In this document: in pieces, positions 1 to 4,827 of the stretch
Layout of the letters: every line of letters starts with the position of its first letter
Position numbering within the stretch: the first letter of the stretch is position 1
Source: a virus
DNA length: 6,316 nucleotides
Reading direction: 5' to 3' (one strand)
Virus record (IMG/VR): IMGVR_UViG_3300045988_004900
Coordinates: 1-6,316 of that record
Translations under genes and position numbers: made by a program
Notes under the pieces: generated by a model
The model's database searches: none
Seen by the model: the letters and a program-made list of their open reading frames with translations, nothing else
Told to the model about the DNA's origin: nothing

Positions 1-55
1 AAAGCCGGGATTCCAGCTGTTATTGTTCAAACGACTCAAAGCAGCTCCCAGCTGA
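1..55. repeat. Terminal direct repeat, copy 1 (circular-assembly overlap)
   Basis: aaagccgggattccagctgttattgttcaaacgactcaaagcagctcccagctga is identical base for base to 6262-6316. It lies inside the VP1 reading frame, so it is not a biological repeat. Confidence 0.95.
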
Positions 56-417
56 CTCAAGGGAAGAGAAGGAAGATAAGTACCCAAAGACAAATTTTGA
101 GTCAAAGACAACGCTTGAACCTGATTAACATCCTGCATTCGAGTCAACACAGAAGGAGCAGACTTCCAAAGAAGACGCAACGGCACAGCATAAAAATCAA
201 AGTATTCACGCAACCGGGTATAAGCAGAAGTCTCAACGGGCTGAGTACGGGTGAAATACTCAACGTTGAATTTGTACTTATCACCAGGCATGGAAATATC
301 CCAGTAAACGGGAAGAAGCTCACCAACTTTCGCAGTAAATGCATTTTTACGTCCAATATCAAATCCAGAACGGTGAGGATGATTCTGAAGATTGGACATT
401 CCAGTGTAAGACGCCAT
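1..417 (-). CDS. VP1: Major capsid protein VP1 (phage F family), N-terminal 139 codons; continues across the circular junction into 4828..6261
   Basis: The reverse complement of 1-417 is an uninterrupted frame starting at ATG (415-417): MASYTGMSNLQNHPHRSGFDIGRKNAFTAKVGELLPVYWDISMPGDKYKFNVEYFTRTQPVETSAYTRLREYFDFYAVPLRLLWKSAPSVLTRMQDVNQVQALSLTQNLSLGTYLPSLPLSQLGAALSRLNNNSWNPGF. Its last 13 codons are the same bases as the first 13 codons of ORF 4828..6300, in frame. It is absent from the ORF track because it runs off the window edge. The N-terminal pattern (SGFD, FTAK.GEL.P, PGD, REYFDFY.VP.RL.W) is what I recall for Microviridae major capsids. Third codon positions are T-rich, as in the other genes. 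Met7 (397-399) is an alternative start. Confidence 0.88.
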   Translation of the reverse strand, partial: MASYTGMSNLQNHPHRSGFDIGRKNAFTAKVGELLPVYWDISMPGDKYKFNVEYFTRTQPVETSAYTRLREYFDFYAVPLRLLWKSAPSVLTRMQDVNQVQALSLTQNLSLGTYLPSLPLSQLGAALSRLNNNSWNPGF

Positions 418-444
418 AAAAAAACAATTTAAAATTAAACATTA

Positions 445-2148
445 TCAGTCATGATAAGAAAAAATACCAAATAAATCATTAAGCCCCTTGTGTTTGACCT
501 TATCCCTACATTTCATCAATGCAGCGGCAGCCAAACGACGAACAAGAGGTAATTCATGGTAAGGTTTTTCCTTATCGAGAACAGTCCTATCATAACGGAA
601 AGAATAGTTACGAAGCTCAAAATCTACCAAATCCCTATCATTAGAATCTTCCAAGGTTTGATAGAAATCTACAAGACGGTTATAATCATAACGATTCCAA
701 AAATTAACTATTTTCTCGGAGATAATGCGCAGGAAACGTTCTCGTCCAAAGAGCTCTCCTCCCGGAATGCCGCTGGACCAGAAACGTTCTGAACATCCGT
801 CTGTTGAATATGTTCGAATAAATTTCGCAATTCCGAGGAAAAAGCGGTATACACGGGAGAGACGATGAGTAATTTCCAAATCAACACCATCGTACAAACG
901 ACATTCAGAAAGAATGAGAATATCACTATGCGGTAAACGCTCTTTAGGTGAAAGAATATTTCGTTCATCATTTCTTTTTCCATAATTATCTACATAATTT
1001 AAATACTGTTTACAAAAAGACAAAATACTTTGTTTAGATTCAGCATTCTCAGTAAAAGGGTCACAGCCTATATCTGCACATCCGCTACGAATGACTCGCC
1101 CGGGCGCAGTGAACGCAGAAAATAATAATTGGTAAACACTCGGTGGAAATTTACGAACAGCGTCCGAAAATCGGGGGAATAATCGAAGGAGATACGGCCA
1201 AGAAGGCTTAATTGTACGAAAATATCCATCGCGCTCAATGCGGACTCCATTAAGACACTTATCGGTAACCTCATCAATTTCGGCAATTCGTACCTTTCGA
1301 GGAAAGAGATTTGATTCTGTAAATCCAATGGAATGGAAGGATTTAGGTCGCACCACTTTTGGCATTTGAATATAAAAGTCGGGTAAAGCGACAAAACTGT
1401 TAACATACGACGCAACATACGGAGCTGCGAATCCTCTCGAGAGTGACGCATCACAACGTCCGTAAGACCAAGCCTTAGATACATTTTCAAGAACAGTTTG
1501 CGAGAATCGTTCGGAATTGGAAAACAATAACAAATGCCAATGCGGGCGGAAACTGGTAGGTCCGTATTCCGATACAGCGTAGTAACGTAATTTTTCATCT
1601 GGGTAATAACTTCTTAAACGTTTCAAAAACAAATCAAGGTCACGATTACAAACATAAGGAATCCTATTAGGAACATTATGTTTAATCTTTCCAAGAATAG
1701 ACAAAAGCTCCTTAGGTTTCAGGGCATAAGTAAAACGAACTTCAGGGTCTTTAAAAGTACGTTCGACGGTAGAGTTTTTCAACTTAACAGAAGCGGAGCG
1801 AGGAACGCTACGAAAACCAAACAAATAAGTGTTAGGGTCACCAGCGTCCAAGTAATTAATATTGGGAACGCAGGGTACATCCGCAATATCGTCCGTACAA
1901 GTTTCAATAATCGAAACCTCCAAAGTAGGAAGAAAGCGAGGAGCATAAGTAAGAGTGACAAAATAAACATAACGGAATTGAGCAGAATAAGTAGTAAGCA
2001 AATTCGTTTGAATCCCGGAACGACGAAGAATACAAGAAGGGCAAGAGCCACAAGACACAAGAACAGGCTCATGCGTATACTTGTTGACAACTGTACGAGG
2101 ATTTTGACAACGAGTCACTAGCTTATTCTGCAATTCCTTGGTAATCAT
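445..2148 (-). CDS. VP4: Rolling-circle replication initiation protein VP4 (phiX gpA-like HUH endonuclease), 567 aa
   Basis: ATG at 2146-2148, TGA at 445-447. RCR motif I is FVTLTY (1945-1962), motif II is HWHLLLF (1522-1542) and motif III is YVASYVN with two Tyr three residues apart (1399-1419; compare phiX gpA YVAKYVNK). The N-terminus carries the Cys cluster C..NP...CGSCPSC typical of microvirus Rep proteins. Confidence 0.92.
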   Translation of the reverse strand: MITKELQNKLVTRCQNPRTVVNKYTHEPVLVSCGSCPSCILRRSGIQTNLLTTYSAQFRYVYFVTLTYAPRFLPTLEVSIIETCTDDIADVPCVPNINYLDAGDPNTYLFGFRSVPRSASVKLKNSTVERTFKDPEVRFTYALKPKELLSILGKIKHNVPNRIPYVCNRDLDLFLKRLRSYYPDEKLRYYAVSEYGPTSFRPHWHLLLFSNSERFSQTVLENVSKAWSYGRCDASLSRGFAAPYVASYVNSFVALPDFYIQMPKVVRPKSFHSIGFTESNLFPRKVRIAEIDEVTDKCLNGVRIERDGYFRTIKPSWPYLLRLFPRFSDAVRKFPPSVYQLLFSAFTAPGRVIRSGCADIGCDPFTENAESKQSILSFCKQYLNYVDNYGKRNDERNILSPKERLPHSDILILSECRLYDGVDLEITHRLSRVYRFFLGIAKFIRTYSTDGCSERFWSSGIPGGELFGRERFLRIISEKIVNFWNRYDYNRLVDFYQTLEDSNDRDLVDFELRNYSFRYDRTVLDKEKPYHELPLVRRLAAAALMKCRDKVKHKGLNDLFGIFSYHD

Positions 2149-2453
2149 TTTCTATCAGAAAAATTAAGTTTCATTTGACGAGGCTTACGACCACGAGCAA
2201 AGGAAACATGAATAAATGTACGATATCTTATAAGCTGATCAAATTCAAAAGGAGAATCTTCAACTATCGAGAAGAAAACACCAATCGGATAATCAACAGG
2301 CGCTAGGTCAATAGCATCTCCAGTCAGATGCTGAGAAGTTTTAGAACCGTTACAAGCATCATTCTGTGCTGCAGTCCGGAAAGCGGAAGTAACAGTAAAA
2401 TGAATATTCCGACGGAGAAGCCATTCAATAAAATTCATTAATTCAGGATTCAT
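2145..2453 (-). CDS. Compact M15-family zinc peptidase (peptidoglycan peptidase / endolysin-like), 102 aa
   Basis: ATG at 2451-2453. The TGA at 2145-2147 overlaps the VP4 start as ATGA. The sequence SAFRTAAQNDACNGSKTSQHLTGDAIDL...FIHVSF matches the M15 (clan MD) signature S-x-H-x-x-G-x-A-x-D plus a distal H. The inferred Zn ligands are H42 (2328-2330), D49 (2307-2309) and H82 (2208-2210). There is no signal peptide or TM segment. Confidence 0.7.
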   Translation of the reverse strand: MNPELMNFIEWLLRRNIHFTVTSAFRTAAQNDACNGSKTSQHLTGDAIDLAPVDYPIGVFFSIVEDSPFEFDQLIRYRTFIHVSFARGRKPRQMKLNFSDRK

Positions 2454-2456
2454 GAC

Positions 2457-2546
2457 TTACGAAAAAATTTGGGCAATAGACGTAAGAAGACTGACAGCAG
2501 CTGCAATAATAGCAGACCAGATTTTAGATTTAGTTTCACTTTTCAT
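2457..2546 (-). CDS. 29-aa single-pass membrane peptide (holin-like / lysis accessory candidate): MKSETKSKIWSAIIAAAVSLLTSIAQIFS
   Basis: ATG at 2544-2546, TAA at 2457-2459, 3 nt upstream of the peptidase ATG. It overlaps the stop of the upstream 65-aa ORF by 11 nt. It has a charged N-terminus (K, E, K, K) followed by a 20-residue hydrophobic stretch. 16 of 28 codons end in T, matching genome-wide codon usage. This T3 signal switches into this frame exactly where the upstream ORF ends. Confidence 0.5.
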   Translation of the reverse strand: MKSETKSKIWSAIIAAAVSLLTSIAQIFS

Positions 2547-2733
2547 CAGAAATTGCTTTAAAAGTTGAACATTGAGAAATAATAAGAACACAATCAGGAC
2601 GAAGAAATGAAGAAACAAATTCAGAAACTTCGTCAACAGGAACAAGAATAGTTTCATTCTGATTAGGATTCGTTTTTGATTGAACGGAGCACAAATAATA
2701 CTTTTCCATAAAATAAAAAATTAAATTAGACAT
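2536..2733 (-). CDS. Hypothetical protein, 65 aa, promoter-proximal first gene
   Basis: ATG at 2731-2733, TGA at 2536-2538. It shows a strong T-ending codon bias (AAT GAA ACT ATT CTT GTT CCT GTT GAC GAA GTT TCT GAA TTT GTT TCT ...), unlike the overlapping 66-aa frame. I recognise no motif. Met9 (2707-2709) is an alternative start. Confidence 0.55.
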   Translation of the reverse strand: MSNLIFYFMEKYYLCSVQSKTNPNQNETILVPVDEVSEFVSSFLRPDCVLIISQCSTFKAISDEK

Positions 2734-2750
2734 TGTTTTTAAAGACAGAG

Positions 2751-2783
2751 CAAAGATATGAATAAAGATTTAAAAAAAACAAA
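2751..2783 (-). promoter_or_regulatory. Candidate Bacteroidota-type promoter (-33 TTTG / -7 TAnnTTTG) for the whole gene string
   Basis: The - strand reads gttgataTTTG-(21 nt)-TATCTTTGctctgtctttaaaaacaATG. The -7 box TATCTTTG is the reverse complement of 2751-2758. The -33 TTTG is the reverse complement of 2780-2783. The box ends 17 nt before the first ATG (2733). The consensus and its 19-21 nt spacing are recalled from the Bacteroides promoter literature. Confidence 0.45.
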
Positions 2784-2828
2784 TATCAACGTAAAATATT
2801 AACATAAATAAACAATAAGCTATGCGGG

Positions 2829-2930
2829 TGGCAGGCTAGTCTGTGAGTTTGCGTATATAAGACAAGGGGGCGACTGAAAGCTATGAGGTAAATAGCTTTC
2901 CCTCCGGGCAAACTCATGTAGGCTTCGCCA
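2829..2930. other. 102-nt nested imperfect hairpin in the non-coding block (about 34 bp in four stacked helices); function unknown
   Basis: P1 pairs 2829-2838 with 2919-2930, with bulges at c2926 and g2922. P2 pairs 2843-2852 (gtgagtttgc) with 2908-2917 (gcaaactcat). P3 pairs 2866-2870 (ggggg) with 2901-2905 (cctcc). P4 pairs 2876-2884 (gaaagctat) with 2892-2900 (atagctttc), a perfect 9 bp with loop gaggtaa. Three G:T pairs (2843:2917, 2834:2924, 2868:2903) exist only when the + strand is folded. Confidence 0.6.
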
Positions 2931-3040
2931 ATTTATATTTTAGGTGTTTAGCGGCGACGGAAAAGAAAAGATTAGAGGAAGATTGCTTACGCGTTGCAAA
3001 CGTCAAGTTTTAAGGATGGCAGTACTATAGCCTGGCGGCT

Positions 3041-3071
3041 CTGATTTCAGTCCTATCGTCCCGAAATTCAG
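3041..3071. other. Second hairpin in the non-coding block (8-9 bp, one bulge, 12-14 nt loop)
   Basis: ctgatttc (3041-3048) pairs with gaaattcag (3063-3071), with one T bulged at 3067 or 3068. The loop is agtcctatcgtccc. Confidence 0.35.
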
Positions 3072-3113
3072 TAGGTGTATAACCACGCTACGCGCGGTAC
3101 CAAGAATTACTCC

Positions 3114-3150
3114 AAAAAACAAAACCCGGCACGTATCGAGTACGGCCGGG
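3114..3150 (-). terminator. Rho-independent terminator after VP2 (end of the transcription unit)
   Basis: The - strand reads CCCGGCCGTA-ctcga-TACGtGCCGGG followed by TTTTGTTTTTT. This is a 10-bp GC-rich stem with one bulged base and a 5-nt loop (3125-3150), plus a T-tract that is the reverse complement of 3114-3124. It starts 19 nt after the VP2 stop. Confidence 0.78.
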
Positions 3151-3169
3151 CAAATGTAAAAAAGATATG

Positions 3170-4330
3170 CTAGCGCTTATAGCTATAATTGTAATTATAA
3201 TTAGTACTAGAACCAGTGTTAGAGTTATGGTTAATAGAACGAGAAAAAGACTTAGAAATAACCCTACGAGGTAAGAAATTACCTATAATATTACCAATAC
3301 TAGTGCCATATTCAACCCATTTATCAGCATCAAAATATTTATATCTTTTCTTCTCATTTCTAGCCCTATACCATTCCTCAATATTCTTACTGCGAGCATT
3401 GTCTTGAGGAAGACCAAGTCGAAGTTCTTCATTATGATAAGCCTCAGAAGATTCATTAGCCGCAATATTGGCAGCAATTTGAGACTCAGCAACACGAGAA
3501 GCAACTTCATTAGAAATGTTTTGACCACGAGTCCGGGCAGCAGCCAAAGCTTCTTCAGCCAAAGCTTTTTTAGCTTCAGCATAAGAAAGATATCCGGCAG
3601 ACATACGCTGGTAGTAATCCGCAGCCTTGACATTCAAATCAAACTGTTGTTGCTGGTCAAGATACTTATTCAAAATACCTTTAGCCTCATTATCGAGAAG
3701 CATACCAGAACGCTGAGCATGCATAATAAGACCAGTCATTGCCATATTATCAACTTCCTGTTGTTCCTTAGCGTAACCAAGCTGAGCTCGAGCCAATCCA
3801 GTACTTTCCAAATAATTACGAGTCTCGTCGGTAAGTTTTCCCCAATCGATATTGGAAAGAGTTTCCATTGCCTTAGCATCAGCAAGCTGTCTAGCGCCTT
3901 GCAATTGAGACTTTTCAGATTGCATCAACTCGAATTGGAAAATATTACCAATAGAAGAACCTATACCGGAATAATCAGCCTGAAAAGGTTGCATGACGGC
4001 AGAACCAGAAGAAGAAGCAGAAGCGCCAGTACCAGCTGATTGAGCAGCACCAGCTGAGCCTCCGTTCATCATCAAATAAGGATTCAAACCAGCTTCCTCG
4101 AGACGTTGGCGTTGGGCAGAAGCAGTGTTATAAGCGTTCTCCTTATTCCACATATTCTCCTGCCAATTACGCTGCTGTATCGCCATACGTTCGTTGAACT
4201 GGTTATTCATCTGATTAATCTTGTAATTCATCTGGTTGGTCTCCCGGACGTTCTGTCTATTCTGCGAATTTTGAATTGAAGAAGAACCAGCGCCAAGGAG
4301 GCCACCAGCGATTGAACCAAAAAGACCCAT
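3170..4330 (-). CDS. VP2: Minor capsid / DNA pilot protein VP2 (phiX H analogue), 386 aa
   Basis: ATG at 4328-4330, TAG at 3170-3172. It has a Gly-rich N-terminus (MGLFGSIAGGLLGAG) and Q/N-rich helices. The motif YNTASAQRQRLEEAGLNPYLMM is characteristic of gokusho/alpa-type VP2. A G/A/S-rich linker and a long coiled-coil-like region follow. Its position after the scaffold gene also fits. Confidence 0.85.
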   Translation of the reverse strand: MGLFGSIAGGLLGAGSSSIQNSQNRQNVRETNQMNYKINQMNNQFNERMAIQQRNWQENMWNKENAYNTASAQRQRLEEAGLNPYLMMNGGSAGAAQSAGTGASASSSGSAVMQPFQADYSGIGSSIGNIFQFELMQSEKSQLQGARQLADAKAMETLSNIDWGKLTDETRNYLESTGLARAQLGYAKEQQEVDNMAMTGLIMHAQRSGMLLDNEAKGILNKYLDQQQQFDLNVKAADYYQRMSAGYLSYAEAKKALAEEALAAARTRGQNISNEVASRVAESQIAANIAANESSEAYHNEELRLGLPQDNARSKNIEEWYRARNEKKRYKYFDADKWVEYGTSIGNIIGNFLPRRVISKSFSRSINHNSNTGSSTNYNYNYSYKR

Positions 4331-4812
4331 TATTCAGAAGGTGCAGATTCAGCGGAAGCAGCAGCCGCCTTTTCTGTCTCTTGTTTAGCAGTTTCAGATT
4401 CGATTAACTCTTGAGCTTGAGACTCAAGATTCTCAGCATAAGCCGACAAATCCTTAGACCAAGCAATAATTTCAGAAGGTGACTGAATATGCCGAGAACG
4501 CACCGTTGACAAAAGGTCATCATCAGACATCGTATCCATTATTTGCTGAATTTGAGAGGGAGATTGCTTGCTTTGACCAAACTTAGAAGCAATAGCAAGA
4601 CCGGCACGGGAAGCCAGGTCCTTAGTATGAAGAATCAAACGAACGTCAGAGGTATAACGCACCGGACGAGTTTCATCAGTATCATCAATCTCCACACGAA
4701 GCTCTTCAGTACAATCAAACTCAGGAGCAACAGCAAAAACATCAGGCTCAACATTAGGAACAAGTCCAGAACCTTGTTCCAGACTTTCCAAAGAATTAAA
4801 TTTTCCTATCAT
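4330..4812 (-). CDS. VP3: Internal scaffolding protein VP3, 160 aa
   Basis: The ORF track starts this ORF at 4818, but that codon is TTG. The first ATG is 4810-4812 (MIGKFNSLE...). The stop TAA at 4330-4332 shares one base with the VP2 ATG (TAATG). It is an acidic protein with DDDLLSTVRSRHIQSPSEIIAW, resembling the conserved scaffold motif of non-phiX microviruses, and has an acidic/Ala-rich tail. It sits between VP1 and VP2. Confidence 0.75.
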   Translation of the reverse strand: MIGKFNSLESLEQGSGLVPNVEPDVFAVAPEFDCTEELRVEIDDTDETRPVRYTSDVRLILHTKDLASRAGLAIASKFGQSKQSPSQIQQIMDTMSDDDLLSTVRSRHIQSPSEIIAWSKDLSAYAENLESQAQELIESETAKQETEKAAAASAESAPSE

Positions 4813-4827
4813 AATCAAAACAAAAAA

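Noticed and set aside
97-432. 111-aa + strand ORF at the left end of the window
   Set aside because: It is exactly antisense to the well-supported N-terminal 139 codons of VP1. The product is K/R/S/I-rich with no recognisable motif. It only looks unopposed because the true - strand frame runs off the window edge and is missing from the track.
1068-1598. 176-aa same-strand ORF nested in the Rep gene, together with 708..983, 1779..2090, 3283..3633 and 5517..5771
   Set aside because: All five are in the +1 frame of their host gene. In that frame the host gene's T-rich third position becomes the second codon position. No stop codon has T in the middle, so long open frames rich in F/L/I/V/M arise automatically. 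Overlapping genes do exist in phiX (A*, B, K, E), so conservation of the 176-aa frame could still be checked. Nothing in the sequence supports it.
2457-2657. 66-aa ORF that would give a two-TM holin-like protein
   Set aside because: Its first 37 codons (MKLFLFLLTKFLNLFLHFFVLIVFLLFL...) lie in the +1 shadow frame of the 65-aa ORF. They show the artefactual F/L composition, while the T-ending codon bias belongs to the other frame across 2547-2657. Only the part downstream of the internal ATG (2546) is kept, as the 29-aa peptide.
2689-2733. Possible lipoprotein signal (lipobox) at MSNLIFYFMEKYYLCS in the 65-aa ORF, which would suggest a spanin-like protein
   Set aside because: The residues before the Cys (Y-Y-L) do not fit the L-[AS]-[GA]-C lipobox. 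There is no positively charged n-region, and the hydrophobic stretch is too short.
3151-3158. A second TAnnTTTG match (TACATTTG on the - strand) between the VP2 stop and the terminator
   Set aside because: There is no TTTG 19-21 nt upstream, and transcription from it would begin inside the terminator hairpin. It is most likely a chance match.
2734-3169. Possible tRNA, hammerhead-type ribozyme, small ORF, CRISPR repeat or dif/XerCD site in the non-coding block
   Set aside because: There is no T-loop-like GTTCRANNC and no cloverleaf. There is no CUGANGA core; only ctgaaag and ctgattt occur. Every ATG runs into a stop within a few codons. There are no spaced repeats. There is no ATAA-N6-TTAT dif-like core. 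None of these could be supported by eye, and a covariance-model scan is still advisable.
3541-3570. 15-nt near-tandem repeat cagccaaagcttctt / cagccaaagcttttt
   Set aside because: It lies inside VP2 and simply encodes the Ala/Glu/Lys-rich helical repeat KKALAEEALAAA. There are only two copies. It is coding low complexity, not a regulatory repeat.
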